Origin: a bacterium
Lineage (GTDB): Bacteria; Hinthialibacterota; Hinthialibacteria; Hinthialibacterales; Hinthialibacteraceae
Direction of reading: 5' to 3'
Assembly (NCBI GenBank): GCA_963662285.2
Contig: CAXXMV010000002.1
Coordinates: 1,280,001 to 1,344,000 of the forward strand
DNA: 64,000 nucleotides
The translations under genes were made by a program, and so were the position numbers. Below are positions 50,258-58,358 of the stretch, one piece after another (positions within the stretch are counted from its first letter, which is position 1; each line of letters starts with the position of its first letter). The notes under the pieces are model-generated. The model was not told the origin of the DNA. It saw nothing but the letters and a program-made list of their open reading frames with translations, and searched no databases.

Positions 50258-51688
50258 TTACTCATCATATATTCTCCAAGGTAATTTCATGGGGTAGCGA
50301 CGGCCGTTTAATATTTTTCCAATGAATGTTGAACGCACCAGGAAATGATAACTTAGCCAAAGCAGTGCGAGCGTAATGGTCAAGATCACTATCAGTTTCA
50401 AAGGCCACGGCGCCACCCAATACGCGATTTCGATCTGGATGTACATCAATAAAGGCGCATGAGCGATATACAGCCAGTAGGACGAATCGGCGATATAGCG
50501 GAACAAGGGATTGCGCCATTCAAAGAAGCAAAGAAAAATCCCGATCATTGCCAGGGTCAACGTCCACATCAGGTATGCAAGGATCAGGCGCAAAATGGTA
50601 AAACCAGCGAATAATGGCCATGTCATCTCAAACTCAGGAGGATCGGGTGGACCATCGGTTAAGGAGGTTTCTGCACTTGCTTTGTTGATGCTGGTTGAAC
50701 TGGCCTCAATATCTGTAGAAGCGGCGTTTGAGATGGAGGCGATAAGTTCTCCAGTGGCGCTATCGATACTGCTATTAGCGCTCTCGATAGAAATAGATGA
50801 CTGATCTGCTTGTGAAATTGCAGGCGGATCATTGGGCTGGGCCATTTTTGATATCATAATTCCAGCGGCAATACCAATTGGCAAATATATTAGAATTCCT
50901 CCGATCAAATGAGAGCGCCAATGTTTCTTTAAATCATTTAGTCGTTCAGTGTTCCGGTGAAGCATCCATCCGAACATAAAAAACATGTAATAAAAAAGGA
51001 ACGGACCTATTTGGGGCAAAATACTGAAGCCCGGTTCATCAACCATTGGCCCACTCATCAAGGACATGACGAAGAGCGTTGGAATAGCCAGTATTAAAGG
51101 TGCTTTTCGACGGATGCAAATATATTCCATCCATTGATCCGCCTTGCGCCGCAAATGGTATTTCTCTTCAAATTTCAATATAACATATCGAAGGCCAATG
51201 ATAAAAACATAAAACATCATCAAATAATTCAAGAACCATAAATAGTGAGTTGTGTATTGATCCCAAAATTTACTTGAAGTGAAATACGGAACATATTCAT
51301 GCCAGGGGATCAATGCGTTGGGATCATTTTTTTTGGCTCTGCCGTATATTTGAACGGCGGACATCAATGGCAATAGCGTAGCCAATCCAATCAAGAATGG
51401 GACATAGATTCGCTTGAAGCGCGTTTTCAATAATTTTATAGCGCCGTCGCGGTGGTAAAGCATACGCCCAAAAAATCCTGCAACTACGAAAAAAGTATGC
51501 AGCCGGAATTGATGGAAGAAAAAGTAAATATAGGCGGGAATCATGCTGCTCGATATATCTTGAACGCCGCACCAGAATGGAATAAAAAAGGAATGCGTTG
51601 CGTGAACGAATATTCCCAGAAGCATTGCGACCGCTCGTAATGCGTCTAGCGAGTGATAACGCGGCGAGGGTTGAATATCGGAAGCCAT
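50258..51688 (-). CDS. OpgC/MdoC-like acyltransferase (AT3 family)
   Basis: RYHSLDALRAVAMLLGIFVHA, FRLHTFFVVAGFF, HYLWFL, ADSSYWLYIAH. Confidence 0.85.
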   Translation of the reverse strand: MASDIQPSPRYHSLDALRAVAMLLGIFVHATHSFFIPFWCGVQDISSSMIPAYIYFFFHQFRLHTFFVVAGFFGRMLYHRDGAIKLLKTRFKRIYVPFLIGLATLLPLMSAVQIYGRAKKNDPNALIPWHEYVPYFTSSKFWDQYTTHYLWFLNYLMMFYVFIIGLRYVILKFEEKYHLRRKADQWMEYICIRRKAPLILAIPTLFVMSLMSGPMVDEPGFSILPQIGPFLFYYMFFMFGWMLHRNTERLNDLKKHWRSHLIGGILIYLPIGIAAGIMISKMAQPNDPPAISQADQSSISIESANSSIDSATGELIASISNAASTDIEASSTSINKASAETSLTDGPPDPPEFEMTWPLFAGFTILRLILAYLMWTLTLAMIGIFLCFFEWRNPLFRYIADSSYWLYIAHAPLLMYIQIEIAYWVAPWPLKLIVILTITLALLWLSYHFLVRSTFIGKILNGRRYPMKLPWRIYDE

Positions 51689-51812
51689 TAAAATGCGCCT
51701 TACCTAAGATGTAATATCCTACTTATCTATTCCGTGAAACGGAATGCGCCTAGATTTTATAAGAGTATTTTTTCATAGTAAAAGGCAAAAGCAAGTGCAA
51801 ATGATAGCGTAT

Positions 51813-51847
51813 AAAAAACCAAGCGGAGTATAAATGACTCCGCTTGG
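51813..51847 (-). terminator. Intrinsic terminator after LamG gene
   Basis: aaaaaaccaagcggagt-ataaatg-actccgcttgg (T-tract on minus strand). Confidence 0.75.
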
Positions 51848-51878
51848 CGATTTGTACAAAGGAATTACTTGATCTTTG

Positions 51879-52640
51879 TTATTGATAAATTTCCCAATTG
51901 CCAGCGGCTGATGGGGCAGCTACTGCGTTTTGATCTAAGAGATCCAGAGACACGCTGCCTGTGCTTTTAAAAGGCGCTTTGCCTTCATCAAAACCATAAC
52001 TTACTAATGTATCTGCTAACGGGGCCTTAGGATTAGCGGCATCGCTATCCAGGTCAGCTTCAGTTAACACAGCGTTGTGAATACGGACGCGATCCATCTT
52101 GGCGGTTACTGGAACCTTGCCTACATCTTCACCACCGACGGTGAAATTTGTTGTTTGTGGTTCACGTGGAACACCTGTTTGTTCAACAAAAGCTTCCATT
52201 ACGCCATCAACATAGAAAGAAACGCCAGCGCCTGGTTCCCAAGCGGCGGCGAGGTGATGCCATTGGCCATCGCCGACAAAGGGAAGTAGTGAGTAACCGC
52301 TGAAAATATCGACTACTCCGAAGAATGTGAAGAGGAATTCACCATTATCAGCGATTCCCATCTTATAGGTGAATCCCCAGGATGCCAAACCAGTCCAATA
52401 GTCGTTGAAAGCGTCAAGTTGAACCCAGCATTCAATCGTGATTGGGCCTTCAATAATATTGAGCAGACCATCAGGATCGTCTGCGCCTAAAGAAGACACG
52501 CCCTTAAATTGAATGGAGAGGTCGCCCACTGCCCCCGACGGGCTGCTTAAACTTGATACTGGTTCCGCTTCCTGGCTGAATCCTGGCACTCCCACCAAGA
52601 CCAGAGCGAAAAGGGTTACTACAAATACAGATGCTTTCAT
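51879..52640 (-). CDS. Secreted LamG/concanavalin-like jelly-roll protein
   Basis: Signal peptide, ITIECWV, DGQWHHLAAAW, FYVDG, MDRVRI...LT; RBS aaggaggt. Confidence 0.85.
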   Translation of the reverse strand: MKASVFVVTLFALVLVGVPGFSQEAEPVSSLSSPSGAVGDLSIQFKGVSSLGADDPDGLLNIIEGPITIECWVQLDAFNDYWTGLASWGFTYKMGIADNGEFLFTFFGVVDIFSGYSLLPFVGDGQWHHLAAAWEPGAGVSFYVDGVMEAFVEQTGVPREPQTTNFTVGGEDVGKVPVTAKMDRVRIHNAVLTEADLDSDAANPKAPLADTLVSYGFDEGKAPFKSTGSVSLDLLDQNAVAAPSAAGNWEIYQ

Positions 52641-52751
52641 CAGAAATAAAACCTCCTTGATTAAAATATGCACTGACATTTAATTAAAACAAACTTAATT
52701 TACCAGGAATGATTCAGTGTATCAAGTGAATTCCGTAAAAAAGATTAATTT

Positions 52752-53336
52752 TTATGGCATGGGGAAATCGACTTTAGGGCGTCCGGGAACATAACGACGG
52801 ATGACGCCTATGCTGCGCAGGCCGTTGGACATTTCATAAGGATGCCAATCTGCGGTGCTGGCGCCTTTGTAGGTGACGGAAGGTCCCAAGCCGATGATGA
52901 CTCCTATCGCCTGTTGTCGTGGCCCAAAATCCGGATTGACAGCAGGATCGAAATAATTGGGCGCCAGGCCGGGCCAATATCTATGATCATAGGGATCCCA
53001 ATGATGCTGCAATTTATTTAAGCGCAATTCGCCTTCAAACTGATCTCTTGCAGTCGCGATGTCTTGAAAGGGATCGTACATAAAACTGGACAAATAAGCT
53101 ACTGGAGTAGTCAGCCACCAATTCTGGTTTATCTCGTGCGAGTGGGGAGGGTTGTCATTGTAATCGAACATGTATTGAAGAATGGCCAACTCCATAGTCC
53201 GCTGATCAGCAAGGGAGCGGGAGACCTTGGCGCGCACTTGGGCGTTGAGAAAATTGGGCACGGCGATGGCGGCTAATATTCCAATAATGGCTACGACGAT
53301 CAGCAATTCAATCAGTGTGAATCCTTTGTATCTCAT
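52752..53336 (-). CDS. Prepilin-type N-terminal cleavage/methylation protein, paralog 2
   Basis: MRYKG|FTLIELLIVVAIIGILAAIAVPNF; LTTPVAY; YEMSNGLRSIG. Confidence 0.88.
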   Translation of the reverse strand: MRYKGFTLIELLIVVAIIGILAAIAVPNFLNAQVRAKVSRSLADQRTMELAILQYMFDYNDNPPHSHEINQNWWLTTPVAYLSSFMYDPFQDIATARDQFEGELRLNKLQHHWDPYDHRYWPGLAPNYFDPAVNPDFGPRQQAIGVIIGLGPSVTYKGASTADWHPYEMSNGLRSIGVIRRYVPGRPKVDFPMP

Positions 53337-53432
53337 CTTGATTCTCCTGATAAACTATTGGAATTAAACCTTGGATGTTATGCAAACAATGTATTGATTT
53401 ATTATCTCATGGAATAAAAGGAAAAGTCAAAT

Positions 53433-53472
53433 AAAAAAACGGGATATCCAAGTATTATTCGGATATCCCGTT
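53433..53472 (-). terminator. Intrinsic terminator after methyltransferase
   Basis: aaaaaaacgggatatcc-aagtattattc-ggatatcccgtt. Confidence 0.78.
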
Positions 53473-53498
53473 CAGTAATTTGTGACACTGCTTTGAAC

Positions 53499-54317
53499 TT
53501 AGCGTTCTTTCACTGCGATGCCCTTAAAGAAAGAGTAATTAAATACCCCATCGGGCGCCTCTGCGGTTTTGCGTAAAGCTTTCATCCCGGCATCCCAGCG
53601 TTTTTCATCGGTGAGTTTCATTTCCAGCGCCCGTTGGTGGACTCCTTCGACCATGGCGCAGATGGTTTTGATGGTGAATCCTTCCACCCATTGGGGGCGG
53701 CTGTGGTCGGCGTAAACAACACGCGGCGTTACGTTGATTTGCTGGAAGCCAGCGTGGTGCAGCAGGGGGTATAATCTGCGTCCGATCAGTGAATCGCCGC
53801 CTAGTTGCGCTTGCGCATCGACCAAACAGTTCCAAACGTGACGCGCATTTTCACTATCTGGATAGAAATAGCAGGAACCATGATCGCCTTCGATAACGGT
53901 CAATGTTCCACCCGGCTTTAATATGGTTTTCAAACGTTGCAGCGCCTCTTCCGGATTGGGTAAGTGTTCCAATACGAAGCAGACAAAAATGTGGTCAAAG
54001 GTATCCGGCGCAAATGGCAATCCAAAAATATTGGCTTGTAAAAACGGGATTAGCGAGTCGCCGCCGCTGACAGCATCTCTGGCGCGATGGATCGACTCCA
54101 TGGAAATATCTAGCGAAGTGATATCGGCCTCGGGGCTGTTTTTTAACAAATTTATAGTCTGCGCTCCGACGCCGCAACCTGCTTCTAATACCCGGCTGCC
54201 TGCAGGGTATCTGGTGTCGTGATGCAGCAGGTCGCTTAATGTATCGGATTGGTCTCGCAAGCGTTGCAATTCGTGTTCAGCATAACCATGGACGTATTCT
54301 ACTGAGGCGTTTGTCAT
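53499..54317 (-). CDS. Class I SAM-dependent methyltransferase
   Basis: YVHGY, VLEAGCGVG, FDHIFVCFVLEHL, LKPGG. Confidence 0.88.
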   Translation of the reverse strand: MTNASVEYVHGYAEHELQRLRDQSDTLSDLLHHDTRYPAGSRVLEAGCGVGAQTINLLKNSPEADITSLDISMESIHRARDAVSGGDSLIPFLQANIFGLPFAPDTFDHIFVCFVLEHLPNPEEALQRLKTILKPGGTLTVIEGDHGSCYFYPDSENARHVWNCLVDAQAQLGGDSLIGRRLYPLLHHAGFQQINVTPRVVYADHSRPQWVEGFTIKTICAMVEGVHQRALEMKLTDEKRWDAGMKALRKTAEAPDGVFNYSFFKGIAVKER

Positions 54318-54331
54318 AATATTTTTCAACT

Positions 54332-55525
54332 TTAATTGGTAGTTTTGGCTTTTGAATACTCAAGCAGTCGAGGCCGGATATCTTCGCCGGTTACTTTCTG
54401 GATGGCTTTTACGATTAATTCGATATTTTTTCCAACAATTTCTCCGGAAATAGTTTTTGGTGCGGAATTTATCTGTTCTTCATCATATGGATCAAGTTTC
54501 CTTAATTCGGTAAAAACTTTTTTGATCGTATCCGGCCCATGACGTTTAACCAGTTCTATAATTTCATAAGAAGCGAATAATTCGCGGGCGTTTTTGATAT
54601 ACTGTTGTCGTTGGTCAAATTTTTCATTTGGGGCTTTGTCTCCCGTCCAATGCAATAATTGGATAATATGTTTATTCTTGACGTAAGGCTCAACGTTGAT
54701 AGTTTCCAGATAAATACTGGCGGTTTTTTCTGATACAAAATCGTTCAGAATTCGCCAGGTCAGATATCCCGCCGTCCCGGAGTTGAACCAACGAATGAGA
54801 CGCATAGGGGGATTGCTTTGTTCTTGCACCGCCATCTCAGAGATGGATTTTAATAATACGCTGAGCGGTAAAAAGGTCGCCTTGGAAATATTATCAATAT
54901 TTGATTCAATCGTTTTCTTTGTTTCACTTAAATATTCTTCGGCGTTGTTAGTTTTAATGATTACCGGCATTAGCGGTGAATGGAATTCAATAGGTTTGGA
55001 ATCCTTGATATCATTGGCGTAAAATCCTTGTCCCATGGTCAGTTGGTTTTGCCCGTCTGGTCCTGGAGTATAGGTATAACCGGGGATTGTTCCGCCTCCA
55101 TCTAGATATTTCTTCAAGTCGTCTTTGAGCCATAGTTGGGTATGCCTGAAATCGGGGAATAGTTTGCCTGCGTTTTGAAACTTATGCAGAATTTTATTCA
55201 TCGATTCAGTTAAAGCCTTTGATGGCTTATTGAAAGCCAACTGTTGTTCGATAAAGGTGATTATTTTGCTTTGATTGTCATCTAATTTTTTATAGTCGCG
55301 GTGATAATCGAAAGGATTATCCTTTAATTGTTGACAAAGCCAGGGATGAATCTGTTTGGCCAGCGATTCCAGATGAGGTAGATATTCGACAGTAACGCCA
55401 TTTTTAGTTATTTTTTTCAAAGTTGGAATATCGGATTTTGCGGAAAATGCTTTCGGTAATGTAAAAGCAATTATAAGTAGAGCAATAGTCAGAGGCTTGG
55501 TTATATAGTTTTGTAGTGTTTTCAT
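54332..55525 (-). CDS. Secreted hypothetical protein (possible inactive gluzincin-like fold)
   Basis: Signal peptide; RWFNSGTAGY resembles WFxEGxAxY but no HExxH. Confidence 0.6.
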   Translation of the reverse strand: MKTLQNYITKPLTIALLIIAFTLPKAFSAKSDIPTLKKITKNGVTVEYLPHLESLAKQIHPWLCQQLKDNPFDYHRDYKKLDDNQSKIITFIEQQLAFNKPSKALTESMNKILHKFQNAGKLFPDFRHTQLWLKDDLKKYLDGGGTIPGYTYTPGPDGQNQLTMGQGFYANDIKDSKPIEFHSPLMPVIIKTNNAEEYLSETKKTIESNIDNISKATFLPLSVLLKSISEMAVQEQSNPPMRLIRWFNSGTAGYLTWRILNDFVSEKTASIYLETINVEPYVKNKHIIQLLHWTGDKAPNEKFDQRQQYIKNARELFASYEIIELVKRHGPDTIKKVFTELRKLDPYDEEQINSAPKTISGEIVGKNIELIVKAIQKVTGEDIRPRLLEYSKAKTTN

Positions 55526-55628
55526 TGTTGTTCCCTTTATAACTTATTTATTAGTAGAACTGAAATATTAATAATGTCCCCCTTTAAAAAACTTCTTATC
55601 GGGTTCACTATCAATCAGGCAGATATAT

Positions 55629-55740
55629 TAGAGTGATTCTCAAAATGATGCGTCTTAAAGCGATAGTTCTCAACCCCGGAAAACGGTTTATTGAACAAAT
55701 TCAGTGCTTTCGATACACGTGAATTTTGGATGTCACTCTA
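55629..55740. mobile_element. ~110-bp MITE-like repeat, copy F (best-preserved ends)
   Basis: TAGAGTGAttctcaaaa ... ttttggatgTCACTCTA terminal inverted repeats. Confidence 0.65.
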
Positions 55741-55773
55741 ACAAATAATTATTTTAAGTAGATTATAACAAAA

Positions 55774-56454
55774 ATGCATCCCTTTGACGCCTTTAAACAG
55801 AATCCTTTTCCACGTAAACGCTCTTTTATAGAACGATTGGCTGACGTAATAGTATTGAACCGTTTTTTTCTTCGTGAAGGAAAACAAGCGGATATCCGGG
55901 TTGACGACGATGTTATTGTTTCTTCAGCGGAATCAAAAATAGCGGAAATTCAAACGCTGCGCTCTACCGGTGAGATTCATGGTAAACATGCCCTTGGCCG
56001 CCAAGAGAACTATTCGTTTGAAGATATTGTGCATGATGATGCGATGAAAGAGACTTTTGATGGAGGCTTGTGCTTCAATCAATACCTTTCGCCTTTTAAT
56101 ATTCATTACCTTCTTTTCCCCACAGAACTAACGGTTAAGCGTATGGATTATCATCCCGCATTTTGCCGACCCATCGTATTTATGAAATCAGGAGAAACCC
56201 GCAATGAAAGGCTGGTTCTATACTGCGAAGCCAAAAATGGAACGCCGCTGGTTATAGTATTAGTCGGATCATTTCTAGTCAGCGGAATCGAATGCCTGGC
56301 CCATGAAGGCGGCCGATATAAATCCGCTGAACTTATGGGCGGCTTCAAACTGGGTTCCACGGTTATGATGCTTTTCCCCAAAGACACAGTCGAACCAATC
56401 GCCCACGATGGCGATAAACTAATACTCGGCGAACCAATCGCGCGGTTTTTGTGA
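55774..56454 (+). CDS. psd: Phosphatidylserine decarboxylase proenzyme family
   Basis: NRFFLR, YLSP..H, RNER, VGSFLV, GFKLGSTV self-cleavage motif. Confidence 0.78.
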   Translation: MHPFDAFKQNPFPRKRSFIERLADVIVLNRFFLREGKQADIRVDDDVIVSSAESKIAEIQTLRSTGEIHGKHALGRQENYSFEDIVHDDAMKETFDGGLCFNQYLSPFNIHYLLFPTELTVKRMDYHPAFCRPIVFMKSGETRNERLVLYCEAKNGTPLVIVLVGSFLVSGIECLAHEGGRYKSAELMGGFKLGSTVMMLFPKDTVEPIAHDGDKLILGEPIARFL

Positions 56455-56500
56455 TTGGGAGTAATGTTTTTTTCCTCAACCATAACTTTTGATTAACAGA

Positions 56501-56539
56501 ATTCCCTCCCGGCGGGAGATGGCCAGGGTGAGGGGGAAT
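56501..56539. repeat. CCTCTCCC-family palindrome, degenerate copy 3 (reverse orientation)
   Basis: ttccctcccggcgggagatggccagggtgaggggg. Confidence 0.5.
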
Positions 56540-56581
56540 TTTAATAACACTTGTGCAAAAGCCATGAATTAGAGAATCAAA

Positions 56582-57430
56582 TCAGTTAGGCGCAATGGCG
56601 AAAACTCGCGCCGGGAACCCGGAACCGTTCTTGGGTTTTGGAAAACTTACTACTGCTAATGCGCCAAATTCAGGGAGTTTATCAAGATTTGTCAATAATT
56701 CAATTTGAAATAAATTTTGACTCAGGAAATATTTCTGCAAACTATGGTCGCCTTTACTGACAGCAATGCCCGGATCGGTATACTGTGTTTCGTATCCGAT
56801 AGCGGATATTTCAAATACTTCACATAATATAGTTAATGCTTTCTGGCTCCAGCCAGGGTAATGGGCGACTCCGTTTTCATCTTCATTTTGCATAGCTGCT
56901 TTATCTGGCCATCGTTTGGACCAATCAGTCCGCATAACGACAAAGGCGTCTTCGGGTATTGAGCCATTACGATCCACCCAAGACCAAACGTCTTCTTCAG
57001 TTAATGTATAATCCGGATTATCAAGCACTTTGTTATGCACATCAATCAATACTAAAGGGAGGAACATTTTTTTAACACGTATCTGATCAAGAGTTCTCAA
57101 GTCCGGCGCAAAATAAGAGGGTGCGTTGACATGAGTGCCCCATTGCCCGACATGAGTATAGATTTCTGCAAAAAAACCATTCTCATTTGTTTCTTTCACG
57201 TGTTCATAACGGGTAATAGTTTCTCTTTTTTCTTTCGGGAAAACCGACCAATTAGGGATTCCCGGTTCAAATGAGTGGGTTAAATCGATAAAGTTTTTGG
57301 TCGAGATGATTTCATATAATTCCATCAACGACTTTGGCGGTTCTTCTTTTGGTCGGCTGCATGAAGAGAATATTAAAAGTGCAATTAGGGCTAAAACACT
57401 ATTTGAAATAAATTTTCCACGATTCAACAT
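56582..57430 (-). CDS. Cyclase/kynurenine-formamidase family lipoprotein
   Basis: Lipobox FSSC; IDLTH, GQWGTHVNAP, RTDWSKRWP, QIELL.NLD.LP..G, GSGFPARVFA. Confidence 0.85.
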   Translation of the reverse strand: MLNRGKFISNSVLALIALLIFSSCSRPKEEPPKSLMELYEIISTKNFIDLTHSFEPGIPNWSVFPKEKRETITRYEHVKETNENGFFAEIYTHVGQWGTHVNAPSYFAPDLRTLDQIRVKKMFLPLVLIDVHNKVLDNPDYTLTEEDVWSWVDRNGSIPEDAFVVMRTDWSKRWPDKAAMQNEDENGVAHYPGWSQKALTILCEVFEISAIGYETQYTDPGIAVSKGDHSLQKYFLSQNLFQIELLTNLDKLPEFGALAVVSFPKPKNGSGFPARVFAIAPN

Positions 57431-57517
57431 GATAAATCCCCACGAAGATAAGGAGAATCTGCCTGCATCATTACTATATCCAGAAGTAATAATTGTAAAG
57501 CGGCGCTCAAAAATAAG

Positions 57518-58078
57518 TTATTTTCTCCCGCCTGCACCGAATACAAGTATGTCGCCTTGGCTTACCAGGCCATTACTTGAAGAGTAATCCAGCGCCAGGC
57601 GGTTGTCTTGTAATTCGGAGAGATTATCCGGCCCCTGACTGGCTAGAATATAATGCGGTTTATTGGGCGCCCCGGCGACATTCTCCGCCGCCCAATCCAG
57701 GCGGTCGTCGAACCAATGGCATGGACCTTCATTGATGTAAAAGTATTCTTTGGATGCGAAAGTACTGGTGCGGCTGCCTTCGGCGGTATTGAACGGATCA
57801 ACCGGCGCCACGCTGGTATAGGCGACCGGCGCCCAGATTTCCCCGGCGCGAAATTGAACCGAACCCATTACTTCTAAAGAGCATGAATCGGGGTAAGCGT
57901 TATTATCCATGCGATACATTTCAATAGCGGTTGTCATGGCTTGCAGGTCTGCTTCGACCCGTGCTATTTTAGCGCGAATCTGCGCATTCAGAAAATTGGG
58001 AACGGCAATCGCCGCCAGGATTCCAATAATGGCGACTACGATCAATAACTCAATCAGGGTAAATGCTTGTTTTTTCAT
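57518..58078 (-). CDS. Prepilin-type N-terminal cleavage/methylation protein, paralog 3
   Basis: MKKQA|FTLIELLIVVAIIGILAAIAVPNF; PVAY..DPF; SQGPD; YSSSNGLVSQGDI. Confidence 0.88.
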   Translation of the reverse strand: MKKQAFTLIELLIVVAIIGILAAIAVPNFLNAQIRAKIARVEADLQAMTTAIEMYRMDNNAYPDSCSLEVMGSVQFRAGEIWAPVAYTSVAPVDPFNTAEGSRTSTFASKEYFYINEGPCHWFDDRLDWAAENVAGAPNKPHYILASQGPDNLSELQDNRLALDYSSSNGLVSQGDILVFGAGGRK

Positions 58079-58154
58079 TATGGCCTCGCAATAGAAATAA
58101 TAATGGTTCATCTGGAAAGTGAGTACTTATTGATTAACGAAAAAATTAAAAAAC

Positions 58155-58291
58155 TGTCTGAACCAGGATACCCAGGATGATAGGATTTACATGATGGGCG
58201 CCCAGGATAATCGGATTATCTAAATAGTAAAAACCGTTAATGATAAAAAATCCTGTCCATCCGACAAATCCTGAACATCCTGATTCAGACA
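58155..58291. repeat. TGTCTGAA..GATTCAGACA inverted element, copy 2
   Basis: tgtctgaaccaggatacccaggatgataggattt ... aaatcctgaacatcctgattcagaca. Confidence 0.75.
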
Positions 58292-58358
58292 AAAAAGTAA
58301 TCTAAAAGTACTCAAATTCAATTATTTATTGTAGTGCACCAAGCATTTATCAGGCGTA

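Noticed and set aside
4051-58078. Pilin variability caused by a DGR or recombinase shuffling
   Set aside because: No reverse transcriptase, TR/VR pair, invertase or near-identical cassettes in the window; paralogs are anciently diverged.
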